DNA of 64,000 nucleotides from Elusimicrobiales bacterium (GCA_024681855.1 JAILAB010000058.1:982-64981); one strand, 5' to 3'; counted from the stretch's first letter, positions 1 through 9,481 are shown. Notes: generated by a model not told the origin, from the sequence alone. Program-made: numbers and translations.

Positions 1-2
1 TG

Positions 3-764
3 CGCTTCATTGCGCATGCTGCCATGCAGGGCATTTATCTGAAAATCATTGAGCGCAGGTCTTTTTTTCAATTCCTCTATGGTTCTGTTTATCTCGTATG
101 CTCCAGGCATAAAAATAAGAGTATGCCTTTCAGTCTGTTTTGTAAGCATTGCCGCTGCTTTGGCTGCGCTTTCCCATATAGGCATTTTTGCAGAGATGCT
201 GTCGCAGTATTTTATTGCGACAGGATACATTCGGCCTTCTGCGATTACTGTTCCGCAAGGGGCCATATAAGCTGATATTTTTTTTATGTCTAAGGTTGCG
301 GACATTACCGCTATTAACAGGTCTGGCCTGGATTTTTTCTGTAATTCAAGGCAGGCCGCAAGGGCAATGTCTGACGCTATGTGCCTTTCGTGAAATTCAT
401 CAAATATTATGCAACCGTATTTTTGCAGTTTTGGATCCCGTATTAAATCCCGCAATAATATGCCGTCTGTTTCAAATACTATTTTAGTTTCCCGGCTGGT
501 TTTGTCTTCCAGCCTTACCCTGTAGCCTGTTTCTTTGCCCAGCTCAGAATTACGTTCTTGAGAAATGCGCTTTGCTAGCATTCTGGCGGCAAGACGGCGC
601 GGCTGAAGCACGGCTATAAGTCCTTTTATTTTTCCGCATTCCAGCAGCATCTGCGGAACCTGCGTAGATTTGCCGGAGCCGGCAGGAGCTGCAAGCGCAA
701 GTCTCCGCTCCGCAAGCAGTTTTTCTGTTATTTCAGTTTTTTTTTCTAATATCGGAAGCGGCAT
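3..764 (-). CDS. hrpB: ATP-dependent DEAH-box RNA helicase HrpB, N-terminal part (runs off the window start; missing from the ORF track)
   Basis: Manual minus-strand translation from ATG at 764 (in-frame stop just upstream): MPLPILEKK...APAGSGKSTQVP (Walker A), LQPRRLAAR, GYRVR, TDGILLR, FDEFHER, MSATLD, FMPG, LHGSM. Confidence 0.85.
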   Translation of the reverse strand, partial: MPLPILEKKTEITEKLLAERRLALAAPAGSGKSTQVPQMLLECGKIKGLIAVLQPRRLAARMLAKRISQERNSELGKETGYRVRLEDKTSRETKIVFETDGILLRDLIRDPKLQKYGCIIFDEFHERHIASDIALAACLELQKKSRPDLLIAVMSATLDIKKISAYMAPCGTVIAEGRMYPVAIKYCDSISAKMPIWESAAKAAAMLTKQTERHTLIFMPGAYEINRTIEELKKRPALNDFQINALHGSMRNEA

Positions 765-828
765 TTGTTTATGTGTTGCGCTTTATTTATCTTCTAAAAT
801 TAATATTTATTTTCCAGTATTAGGCTTA

Positions 829-2652
829 TCAGTTAGCAAAGGGCTTTTCTGATATTTCCGGCAGCGGATTCCCCTCAGTGATTCTGATGAAATGATTGGC
901 CGGAAGATTCCTGTATATTGCTTTGCCGCTGTTCCATTCCACAGTAAGCGAAGCTTTTTTGTTTTTGCCAAGGCCGAAGTGCAGCCGCTGCGAATCCGCA
1001 AGGCCGGAGTGTCCGTGAGATGTTTTTACAAAACGCATCTGCCGTTTAGGGAAAAGAAAGCCTGTTCTAAGAATGGCTTTAGTGCCGGCAGGGCTTTTTG
1101 CCGTAAAGCCTTTGCCTTTGCCTTTTAAGGTTATATGAAGCCAGCCATTGCCATTATCGCAAGCATTCAGGAAAAGAGCGGGAGAGGGAACCCTGCCTTG
1201 TCTTTTTTCCGCAGGCATGCGCATCCAGGATTTGCCTGCTATTATGTCCATGCAGCCGTCATTATTATAGTCGGCTATTGAAATGCCTGCGGAGCTTTCC
1301 CAGTCAAAGCCAGCAAGCTCTGTCTTTTCTTCAAACACAAGCGGTTTTTTAGCGCTGTACAGTCGCAGGTACTGGCCGTCAGGATAATCCCCGCTGGAGA
1401 GCAGCAGATCCTGTTTTCCGTCATTGTCAAAATCTGCCCAGCTTGCCCGCATGTCTCCCTGATTCCAGTTATCCGGGTGCTGGTGAACCCTGTTCAGCAG
1501 ATCTGGGTAGCGGGTAAATGAAAAATCTTTTTTCTTGCCGCCGTTCACGAGCAGGCTTGAGCGATCAGATGAGTTGCCTGCCCAGCCATGCGTTATTTCT
1601 CCGAGGAAAATGTCTAAATCTCCGTCATTGTCATAGTCAGCCGGGGCGGCAGAGAATGTATTGCCATGAGAGCGGAATTCCTTTTCCGGCTGGCGGCTGG
1701 ACTTAAGCCATTCAGGATACAGGCCATGGCGTATTTCATCACCGTCAAAATGCGTTTTTTTCGCTATATCTGTGAAAGTTCCGTTTCCATTGTTTTTCCA
1801 AAGCCTGTTTGCCTGGCGGCCATATACTGATACGAATATGTCTTCATATCCGTCATTATTCCAGTCTCCATGGGAAACTCCGTATACTGGCCTGCTTGAA
1901 TCCGTTTTGCCTTCTGTTTCCTTTGTGAGCAGGCCTGCTTTTTCTGTTATATCTGTGAAGGTTCCGTCGCCATTGCCTTTGTAAAGCCTGGACGGATAGC
2001 AGATTAGCGATATTCCGTATTCTTTGTACCAGCTGCCTGTGAACAGGTCTAAATTTCCATCCTTGTCATAGTCCATGAATAATGCTGAGGAAACAGTTTC
2101 AGGAGGAAAATTATTTCCTGAAACCTGAGCAAAATGGCCATTGCCGTCGTTTAGATATATCTGTGATCTCAAGCCGTCGTCTTTTTTTTCATATATAATG
2201 TTCCCGGCTTCATCTTTAAGAATATTCCCTGCTTTATCAGTTTTAGGCTTGTCATATTCGCAATATATGGCGGAGAATATGTCTGTAAAACCGTCATTGT
2301 TTATATCTGCGGCAGTAAAGAAAGCAGCCTGCCTTTCCATGCCGGGGAATGCAGGGTCTTTGGCAAGGCCGGATTCTTCGGTGAAATCCCTGAATGTTCT
2401 TTTGCCGTCTTTTTCCTCGTTAAGCAGCACTTTTGTCTTTGTTGTTCCGTCTTTGCCTGTTATAATGAGATCGTCCCATCCGTCGCCGTTTATGTCGGCC
2501 CATATTCCATTTTGCATGCTCGTGTCGGACAGTCCTGCTTCTTCAGCTGCGTTAGTAAACCATTTTTTTGAATTCTGTGGCTGAGCTGATATTGAGGCTG
2601 CTGCTGAAATAAAAAATATGCTTGTGCCGAATAATAAAACTGTTTTTCTCAT
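829..2652 (-). CDS. Secreted CRTAC1/ASPIC-UnbV family FG-GAP repeat protein
   Basis: Signal peptide; about seven DxNxDGxxD Ca-binding FG-GAP motifs (ADINGDGWDD, ADINNDGFTD, DYDKDGNLD, GDWNNDGYED, DYDNDGDLD, DFDNDGKQD, DYNNDGCMD); C-terminal ASPIC/UnbV signature RLHFGLG...VEWNSG. Confidence 0.85.
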   Translation of the reverse strand: MRKTVLLFGTSIFFISAAASISAQPQNSKKWFTNAAEEAGLSDTSMQNGIWADINGDGWDDLIITGKDGTTKTKVLLNEEKDGKRTFRDFTEESGLAKDPAFPGMERQAAFFTAADINNDGFTDIFSAIYCEYDKPKTDKAGNILKDEAGNIIYEKKDDGLRSQIYLNDGNGHFAQVSGNNFPPETVSSALFMDYDKDGNLDLFTGSWYKEYGISLICYPSRLYKGNGDGTFTDITEKAGLLTKETEGKTDSSRPVYGVSHGDWNNDGYEDIFVSVYGRQANRLWKNNGNGTFTDIAKKTHFDGDEIRHGLYPEWLKSSRQPEKEFRSHGNTFSAAPADYDNDGDLDIFLGEITHGWAGNSSDRSSLLVNGGKKKDFSFTRYPDLLNRVHQHPDNWNQGDMRASWADFDNDGKQDLLLSSGDYPDGQYLRLYSAKKPLVFEEKTELAGFDWESSAGISIADYNNDGCMDIIAGKSWMRMPAEKRQGRVPSPALFLNACDNGNGWLHITLKGKGKGFTAKSPAGTKAILRTGFLFPKRQMRFVKTSHGHSGLADSQRLHFGLGKNKKASLTVEWNSGKAIYRNLPANHFIRITEGNPLPEISEKPFAN

Positions 2653-2693
2653 TATGTCTTCCTTAACTTTTTATTTGAGATGTTTATAAATTT

Positions 2694-3335
2694 CTATTTA
2701 AGATGTGAGAACGGAATTAATTTTTCTCCAAATTTGCCTGGAGTGTATGTGCCGGGGACTTTTGTCTGTTCTGCTTTTTTTATGCGCAGAGGCCTTATGC
2801 CGGCTTTCATAGCTTGGGCAAGCCCTTCATCAGATGATGCGGCAAAAAAGAACGGCTTCTCTTTTTCCAGCAGAATATACTTATCATTCGGCTCTGGCGT
2901 GAAATATATTTCAGAAGGCAGCCTTTTCCATGTGTTTTTAAGAATGTCTCCTCCATAGTTTTCCCTGTCGCAAAGCACAATAACCCTAATGCCCATTGTT
3001 TTTGCGGCCAGGCACATAAGGCTTGGCACAGGCTTTGCCAGGTCTTTTTCTGCTGAGGCATTTAGCATTTCCCAAAACTTAGAGTTGCCTTGCTTTAGCC
3101 CGGATTCTTGTGCTGCTGCCCATGACTTCGTGGAATCTGCCAGTCCGCCATCGTACTCAATGGCTATGGAATTTTTCATTATGCTGTTAATGCTGTAACA
3201 TAATGCCCACAGGCTTATTATTGAAACAGTTATCTTTATTTTAAAAAAAAGCCTTGAGAAAAAAGATTTTTCTTTTGGCGGCTGATAAGGAGGATAGGGG
3301 GGATAAGGATATGGGTATTGATTGCCGCCTGTCAT
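2694..3335 (-). CDS. Membrane-anchored class B acid phosphatase (AphA, HAD IIIB)-like protein with degenerate catalytic motifs
   Basis: Collinear with AphA: NSKFWEMLN ~ NPVFWEKMN; GIRPLRI...TPGKFGEKLIPFS ~ GARGIRI...QAGAFGEEVIVNS. Motif I reads IEYDGG instead of FDIDDT and motif IV reads ASSDEG instead of GDSDND. Pro/Tyr-rich N-terminus and one TM helix. Confidence 0.65.
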   Translation of the reverse strand: MTGGNQYPYPYPPYPPYQPPKEKSFFSRLFFKIKITVSIISLWALCYSINSIMKNSIAIEYDGGLADSTKSWAAAQESGLKQGNSKFWEMLNASAEKDLAKPVPSLMCLAAKTMGIRVIVLCDRENYGGDILKNTWKRLPSEIYFTPEPNDKYILLEKEKPFFFAASSDEGLAQAMKAGIRPLRIKKAEQTKVPGTYTPGKFGEKLIPFSHLK

Positions 3336-3336
3336 T

Positions 3337-4809
3337 TCATTTTCCTCTTTTTATGAAAATTCTTTCAGTAAATGGCGTAAAAGCATATTTAGATGAAATG
3401 CACCAGCGAATCACTTCCCTGGTAGGGCGTTTTGAATTTGCAAATTCCGCGGCATTGGCAAGCAGCGAAGTGTTTTCTGCCGTTATCATAGAATCAGGCA
3501 CAGAAACATGATATATTTTTTCTGGCTTTATTGGGCCTGCATCGCTTTCTATCTTTTCCATCTTTGCGGTTTTATTGCCTTCAGCGGCATAATATAACTT
3601 CAGTCCTGAAACAGTAAAGCTGTCTTTTGGAAGCTGTCTTATGGAATCAATCAGGTTCTCTCCCCGTATTTTAACGAAAACAATGCTTGAGTCTTTAGGA
3701 AAAGAAGAATATAAGTCTTGAAGCCTTACCGTGGTGCTGGAAAATGGGCTGGCCGGTTCGGAAAGAGGCATTAGCGAAGCATTCGTCCTGGCCCATCTCC
3801 TTATGCAGTCCGCAGAGAAATTTGCCATAGGATACATTCCTGAAGCCTTTAGCGGCAGGGGGGAACGCAATGTTCCTATTTTTTTTGAGAAATGTTTTTT
3901 TTCCGATATCTGATACCGGACAGCTATATTATGAAGTTCCTGATCTTCTTTGTATCTGAGCGGATCTATGTCTATGGTTTTTGAATTGATGGAAGAGATT
4001 TTTCCGCTTTCTCGGCTGAATGATATTTCAGTGCGTTCTACTTTCTTATTGCCCTTCCCGGCTGGAATGATCCAGGTGTTGCCAGAGCGGAATGTTTTTT
4101 TTACTTCAGGATCGTCTGTTATTATAAGGCTGGTCCTTTTTGCCTGGCTAAGGAATTTTTTGTAATAGCCCTTGTCTGATTTTGCTTTAGGATCAATGGA
4201 AAGCAGCATTACTATTATTTTTGCGCCTTCTTTTTTCATGGCGTTTATTGCCAGATTGGCGTCAAAGCTGCCTTTTTCCAGACGGAATCGGGCATAATTC
4301 TTCTGTCTTTCGGGACTCTCTGGATTTGCTAGCAGAACTGAGAAAAATCCTATCTTATGTCCGTTTATGTCTATTATATGATACTGCGGCAATCCGGGCT
4401 GGCGCTGGCCATTTCTTAAATACAGATTAGTTGCTATAAGCGGAAATTTGGCATTGTCTGCCAGCCTGTCAAAATCTTTTGCCGGCAGGTTTATGTCTGT
4501 TATGCCTGGGGCTGCGGCTGAATAAGGAAAAGCATTCATCATTTCCAGCACATCAGAGCCTTTGGTAAGCCTTCCAGCCGGAGTGTCTGCGGACCAGTTG
4601 CCTAGATCCACTATAAGCTTTGGCAGCGTTTCCCTGCCGTATATGTTTTTTAATGCAGGGAAACCGCCGCAGCTTCCCTGTTTGAAGCAGTCATCAGGCG
4701 CCTGTATGCTGCCCTGGGCGCGCGCGGTAGAAAAAATAACGAAACTTTCTTTTTTCGCGCATGCGCCCAGCATTAGCAGCATGGCGGCTAAAAGCCGCAA
4801 TTTTTCCAT
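3337..4809 (-). CDS. 5'-nucleotidase-fold lipoprotein with metal-binding residues lost (pseudo-enzyme)
   Basis: Lipobox LGAC (Cys17); collinear with the upstream 539-aa nucleotidase (GGF, DxG, T-KG, FP..TNLY, KIGF) but STARAQG/DLGN/PGITD/LLSID/ITDDP replace HTxDxHG/DxGD/GNH/H/GHxH. Confidence 0.75.
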   Translation of the reverse strand: MEKLRLLAAMLLMLGACAKKESFVIFSTARAQGSIQAPDDCFKQGSCGGFPALKNIYGRETLPKLIVDLGNWSADTPAGRLTKGSDVLEMMNAFPYSAAAPGITDINLPAKDFDRLADNAKFPLIATNLYLRNGQRQPGLPQYHIIDINGHKIGFFSVLLANPESPERQKNYARFRLEKGSFDANLAINAMKKEGAKIIVMLLSIDPKAKSDKGYYKKFLSQAKRTSLIITDDPEVKKTFRSGNTWIIPAGKGNKKVERTEISFSRESGKISSINSKTIDIDPLRYKEDQELHNIAVRYQISEKKHFSKKIGTLRSPLPLKASGMYPMANFSADCIRRWARTNASLMPLSEPASPFSSTTVRLQDLYSSFPKDSSIVFVKIRGENLIDSIRQLPKDSFTVSGLKLYYAAEGNKTAKMEKIESDAGPIKPEKIYHVSVPDSMITAENTSLLANAAEFANSKRPTREVIRWCISSKYAFTPFTERIFIKRGK

Positions 4810-4815
4810 TGCTGC

Positions 4816-6435
4816 TTATTTTACCTGAACAAGGCGAGGCCCATAAGGCGCAACCTTAACGGGATTGGCTTTCAGGTCATCAATCAGATAATCGCGCAGC
4901 ACGCGCTGATTGTCTTCTTTTATATTGCCCTGTCCCAATATGTCTCCGCCATTTCCGCCGCCTACGAGATAATTATTGGTGGCTATGCGATATGTTTTTG
5001 TATAGTCAATAGGAGTGAACACCGGGTTTTCACTGTCGCAGGTATTGCCGCAGAGGCTTACTTCAATGACTTCTGTCTTGGCAGGCTCATTGGTAGCAGC
5101 ATTTTCTTCCTTTACTTTCCAGAGAGCTTTTATTCCGGAGAACTGAAGCGTTGTGGTTGGCTGGCCGCCTTTGAGATGAATGCTCTTGTTTACCATGTCA
5201 AATACCTGCTGGCCTGTAAGTTCAGTAACAACAAGAGTATTGTCAAAAGGCATTATCTGATAAACATCGCGGAAGGTGATCTTGCCTTTTGCTATGTTTG
5301 TGCGCACTCCGCCGCTATTCTGAACGCCTATGTCTGTTTTGGCCTGGCGGCGCATTGCATCCGCAAACCAGTCTCCGGCCATATTGTCAATGCCGCCATC
5401 GCGGAAATTGCGGTCCAGGTCTATGTCTGTATAGCTTATTTCCTGATTCATGACTGCATCGGCTTCATCTTTGTATTTCTGGATTGTGGGCAGAACATAT
5501 TCTTCGCTGCCTGTGTCTTCTGTCCAAAGCTCAATGAGTTTGCCGGATGTGTTTTTGAGCTTGCGTGTTTCATCGTCAAATTCTAGTTCTACTCTTGAGG
5601 CATTATAAAGATGAGATCCGCTTTCCGTTAGAAGTATGCCGGACTGCTCGTCTTTATAGCTTGTATAAAAGGCTGAGTGATTATGCCCGCCGAAGATAAC
5701 GGCAGGATAGCCTTTTATGGCTCTTGCTACCGCAAGAGTGCCTGACTGTTCCATTTCAGGCAGTATCTGCTTTACTTCTGTTCTCTTTCCGCCGTATGGG
5801 CCGCCAAGACCAAAATGCGCAAGGATTATGATTGCATCCGGCTTTTCTTTGCGCATTATTTTCTTTACCCATTTTTTTGCTTCTTTAGTCTCATCGCCAA
5901 AATAGTAATCTTTCACATTTGCTGGCAGCGTGGAAGTGGCAGTGTGCGTTCCTACTATGCCCAATATTGCTATTTTATAGCCTCCGACTATGCGTATTGT
6001 ATATGGATGAGTGAAGCTGGGGGTCTTTTTTGTTGCTTTTTCATACATATTTGTGCTAAGCACAGGAAAGTTGAAACCCTTTGCCATTTTTTTTAGCACG
6101 TCTATGCCATAGTCAAAATCGTGATTGCCGGGAACCATTGCTGAATATCCAAGCAGGTTCATAAGCTCTACTGTGGCAGCGCCTTTAGAAAAATTTCCTT
6201 CCGGCGTACCTTGGAAAGTGTCTCCGGAATCTAAAAGCAGGTATGGATTTTTTTCTTTGTGTATAAGCGAAGCAAGCGCTGCGAAGCCGCCTATGGGTTT
6301 CTGCTCTCCATTGCGTTTTGCCTGATGCACGGAGTATCCTCCATGAACATCACTGGTATGGTATATTACTACTGTCCCCGCAGAAGCAGGCATTGCCAGA
6401 GCTAAGGATAGGAATATGCTTGAGAGTAATTTCAT
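4816..6435 (-). CDS. Secreted 5'-nucleotidase / UDP-sugar hydrolase (UshA-like metallophosphoesterase with 5'-NT C-terminal domain)
   Basis: Signal peptide; intact HTSDVHG, DSGDTFQG, PGNHDFD, LAHFG, GGHNH; C-domain QNSGGVR, MPFDN, ATNNYL. Confidence 0.9.
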   Translation of the reverse strand: MKLLSSIFLSLALAMPASAGTVVIYHTSDVHGGYSVHQAKRNGEQKPIGGFAALASLIHKEKNPYLLLDSGDTFQGTPEGNFSKGAATVELMNLLGYSAMVPGNHDFDYGIDVLKKMAKGFNFPVLSTNMYEKATKKTPSFTHPYTIRIVGGYKIAILGIVGTHTATSTLPANVKDYYFGDETKEAKKWVKKIMRKEKPDAIIILAHFGLGGPYGGKRTEVKQILPEMEQSGTLAVARAIKGYPAVIFGGHNHSAFYTSYKDEQSGILLTESGSHLYNASRVELEFDDETRKLKNTSGKLIELWTEDTGSEEYVLPTIQKYKDEADAVMNQEISYTDIDLDRNFRDGGIDNMAGDWFADAMRRQAKTDIGVQNSGGVRTNIAKGKITFRDVYQIMPFDNTLVVTELTGQQVFDMVNKSIHLKGGQPTTTLQFSGIKALWKVKEENAATNEPAKTEVIEVSLCGNTCDSENPVFTPIDYTKTYRIATNNYLVGGGNGGDILGQGNIKEDNQRVLRDYLIDDLKANPVKVAPYGPRLVQVK

Positions 6436-6504
6436 TGTTTCTCCTTGTTTTTTGGCTATTTATGGAACTGTAATTTATTTGGCCACCATTATTAATATTA
6501 AAAT

Positions 6505-6541
6505 AAAAAAAAGGAAGGCGGGGCAAGCCTTCCTTTTTTTT
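6505..6541 (-). terminator. Intrinsic terminator downstream of rpsI
   Basis: aaaaaaaaggaaggc-ggggcaa-gccttcctttttttt inverted repeat with A/T tails. Confidence 0.85.
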
Positions 6542-6562
6542 GTTGCTTCCGGATACAGAGTA

Positions 6563-6961
6563 TCAGCGTTTTGAGAACTGGAAGCGTCTTCTTGCTTTCG
6601 GCTGGCCAGGTTTCTTTCTCTCAACCATGCGGGGGTCGCGAGTGAGGAATCCTGCCTTTTTCATCGTAGCATGGAAATCATCTCCAAGCTTAGCGATGGC
6701 GCGGGCAATGCCATGGCGGATTGCTCCCGCCTGGCTGGATGGGCCGCCGCCCTCTACTTTGGCTGTGCAGTCAAATTTCTGGTCTTTTGTGAGGCTGAAA
6801 GGTGAATTTACAACATACGCAAGACGCGGAATATTTCCGAAGTATTCTTCAAGTGTTTTTCCATTTATAGCTATTTTGCCTTCTCCGTTCTGGAAAAGAC
6901 GCACTTGAGCTATAGAAGTTTTGCGCCTGCCTGTTGCTGAAATATAATTCTGTTTTTCCAT
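6563..6961 (-). CDS. rpsI: 30S ribosomal protein S9
   Basis: ATGRRKTS, GGG..SQAGAIRHGIARA, LTRDPRMVERKKPG..KARRRFQFSKR. Confidence 0.98.
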   Translation of the reverse strand: MEKQNYISATGRRKTSIAQVRLFQNGEGKIAINGKTLEEYFGNIPRLAYVVNSPFSLTKDQKFDCTAKVEGGGPSSQAGAIRHGIARAIAKLGDDFHATMKKAGFLTRDPRMVERKKPGQPKARRRFQFSKR

Positions 6962-6979
6962 TTGTTAATCCTGCTTGAA

Positions 6980-7411
6980 TTATTTGGCCGTTTTGGCCGC
7001 TTTGAACTGCGTCTGCTCACCTTTAAAAAGGCGGAGGCGTTTCATGCGTTTTGCGCGCATTTTGTTGTTGTCCAGCATGCGGTAAACGGCGAGCTCAAGC
7101 ACTTTGGTGGAATCCTGTTCCATCTGTCTCTTGTAAGGGATGGTTTTAGCCCCGCCGGCATAGCCGGAATGGCGGAAGTAGAATTTGTCTTCCGCTTTGT
7201 TGCCTGTGATCCGAATCTTATCGATGTTGGTAACGACAACAAAATCACCGCAATCTGTCTGCGGCGCGAAATCGCGTTTGTGTTTGCCGGCTAAAAGCAC
7301 GGCAATTTTTGTGGCAAGTCTGCCTAATACCTGGTTTGACGCATCGAGAAAATGCCACTGGCGGCTCTTCTCCATTACATCAACCTTTGGAAGTGTTGTT
7401 CTCTGTATCAT
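6980..7411 (-). CDS. rplM: 50S ribosomal protein L13 (start revised to MIQRTT)
   Basis: WHFLDAS..VLGRLATKIA..L.GKHK, DCGDFVVV.N, YFRHSGYAGG; the extension to 7489 overlaps the promoter. Confidence 0.97.
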   Translation of the reverse strand: MIQRTTLPKVDVMEKSRQWHFLDASNQVLGRLATKIAVLLAGKHKRDFAPQTDCGDFVVVTNIDKIRITGNKAEDKFYFRHSGYAGGAKTIPYKRQMEQDSTKVLELAVYRMLDNNKMRAKRMKRLRLFKGEQTQFKAAKTAK

Positions 7412-7421
7412 AGTACGATAT

Positions 7422-7450
7422 ATATTAGCAAATTTTTTTATTCTCTGCAA
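7422..7450 (-). promoter_or_regulatory. Sigma70-type promoter of rplM-rpsI
   Basis: Minus strand TTGCAG-17 nt-TAATAT with extended TG, 10 nt before the ATG. Confidence 0.6.
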
Positions 7451-7498
7451 TTTGCTGAACGGCATGTATTTAGCATTTAAGCATGCCAAGATTTTTTG

Positions 7499-9481
7499 CT
7501 AATTCATCCATATCTTTCCTTCTTCGCAGAATCTGTACTGCTTAACGCCTCCCGTGCCGAAAAATGAGGTGGATTTTCCGCTAGACACAGATGTGTCTCC
7601 GTTCCTGTATCTTTCTATATAGCTGGGCAGGCCTTTATTTATTGGATTCATGCAGCCTGAATTTTCTATATAGCAGAGCAGGTAATGAGTCATTGCCCCG
7701 TCATTAATTTCTTTCAGTTTTACTTGATCGCCTTTAAGAACATGATCCGGGCAGTTTGTGGCTTTGAGCAGCCAAAGATATTCCGGCTCTGATATTTCCC
7801 TATAGCCGCTCTTCACCAGGCTTGTTATTTCTCTGCTTGCCTTAATCTGTTTGCGGCTGCCTGGAACGGGCTGGTATGAAAAAATCCAGGTTGTTTTTCC
7901 GGTTGACGCGGCCTCGCTCCATGCGTTTATGCCTTCAGGCGTTATTTGTCCGTTTTTGTCAAAAATAAGATCCCCGTTTGCATCGCGCAGCTTAAATATT
8001 TCCCTTAGATTTATGCCTTTTTTTTCAAAGAATTTCAGCGCATCGCGGCTTACGGTGCGGGCATAGGCATTGTATCCCTGCATCGTAAGCCTGAATTTAA
8101 GGCCGTTTTCTGAGTCTTCATAATAAAGCCCAGGCCTGCCGGGGAATTTTCCGCGAACGACCTCGACAGCCCCATTTGCTTCTGCTGCCCTCATGTTGCG
8201 GTGCAGCCTTAAGTGTTCTTCTGATAGCATGTCAACGGTGGTCCTTTGATTAACGGCACCCCTTGTTTTTAATTCTTCCAGTATTTCCTCATCGCTCATA
8301 AGGTCAACTTTCAGCTTATCAGCGTTTATAATGGCTTCCCTGTTGTTAGGAGAAATCTGAATGACTAAAGAGAAATAATGAAGCGCTTCTTTATACATTG
8401 ACTGGGCAAGGAAATAGTCTGCCACCTCTAAAAGAATTTTTTCATCAAATGGCGCTGCAGCGGCTGCCATGCGGTATTTCTGATCTGCCGCTGACCTGTC
8501 TTCAAGACGGATAAGCGTTTCGGCTTCTTTTATGCAGAGCCTGGCATGCTTGGCATGCTCATTGCCTGTTAATTTCTGCGCCCTTTCATATTCATCAATA
8601 GCCTCTTCGTATTCTCCGGCATTAACGAGGACATCTGCCAGCTTTGATGCAAGCTCCAGGTTTCTATTATCTATTTTGCGGCAGCGTCGTCCTGTTGCGG
8701 CAGCGGCAATAAAGTCTTCTTTTTCAGCCTCTTCATTAAATTTTTTCATGCAGGCTACTGCTTCTTCGCCTTTGTTTTCTTTGGCTTTTTTTGCCGTTGC
8801 CATGCTGTTTGTTTTTTTCTGCTTGTTTGAAACCCTTTTCATTGCTGCCGATGCTTTTGCGGCATTGGCATCTGCTTTTGCTGATATGTCTTCTCCTGCT
8901 GAGGCAAGCGCTGTGGCATAAGCTTTTTTCGCTTTTATGAACAGATCCTGAGCTTCGTAAATTTCTCCTTTGGAATAAAGCGCTTCAAAATCCGTAGGGT
9001 TTATTTCTAGAGCGCTTGAAATAAGCTCTTCCGCCCTGTCATATATGCCCATGGCCATATATGTCTTTGCCGCTTCCAGGTTAGGCTTAAATTCACCTTT
9101 GCCATATTGCATAGCTTTAAGGCAGTTCTGCAAGCCTTCATCAGGCTTGCCTTTCATTCTTTTAAATTTGCAAATCCCCAAATTCCATGCATAGTCTTTA
9201 GGGTATTTTTTTTCCATTGACGAAGCTGTTGTTTCCAGTGAGGTAAGCTGGCTTTTGTTTGCATAAGATGAAAGGTCTAGCGCATATAAGAAAAGATTTC
9301 TGTCATTAGGAAATTTCCTAAGTCCGTCCATTGCGGCATCAAAAGCTGCTTCTTCGGAATGAGCCCTCTCTTCAAATTTTGCTTTCTGCAGCTCTTCTGC
9401 TGCTCCTGCATGAGCGAATGACGGCAGCAGAAGAGCCGGACAGATAATCATTAATTTGCTGAAAAGGGCTTTTAATTGCAT
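7499..9481 (-). CDS. Secreted TPR-repeat protein with an uncharacterised C-terminal domain
   Basis: Signal peptide (AHA); several TPR units (e.g. ALEINPTDFEALYSKGEIY, LVIQISPNNREA); non-TPR C-terminal ~260 aa with 4 Cys; ATG overlaps the dcd stop. Confidence 0.75.
   Translation of the reverse strand: MQLKALFSKLMIICPALLLPSFAHAGAAEELQKAKFEERAHSEEAAFDAAMDGLRKFPNDRNLFLYALDLSSYANKSQLTSLETTASSMEKKYPKDYAWNLGICKFKRMKGKPDEGLQNCLKAMQYGKGEFKPNLEAAKTYMAMGIYDRAEELISSALEINPTDFEALYSKGEIYEAQDLFIKAKKAYATALASAGEDISAKADANAAKASAAMKRVSNKQKKTNSMATAKKAKENKGEEAVACMKKFNEEAEKEDFIAAAATGRRCRKIDNRNLELASKLADVLVNAGEYEEAIDEYERAQKLTGNEHAKHARLCIKEAETLIRLEDRSAADQKYRMAAAAAPFDEKILLEVADYFLAQSMYKEALHYFSLVIQISPNNREAIINADKLKVDLMSDEEILEELKTRGAVNQRTTVDMLSEEHLRLHRNMRAAEANGAVEVVRGKFPGRPGLYYEDSENGLKFRLTMQGYNAYARTVSRDALKFFEKKGINLREIFKLRDANGDLIFDKNGQITPEGINAWSEAASTGKTTWIFSYQPVPGSRKQIKASREITSLVKSGYREISEPEYLWLLKATNCPDHVLKGDQVKLKEINDGAMTHYLLCYIENSGCMNPINKGLPSYIERYRNGDTSVSSGKSTSFFGTGGVKQYRFCEEGKIWMN

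Noticed and set aside
24-852. Short plus-strand ORFs at the window start
   Set aside because: They are antisense shadows of the hrpB helicase on the minus strand
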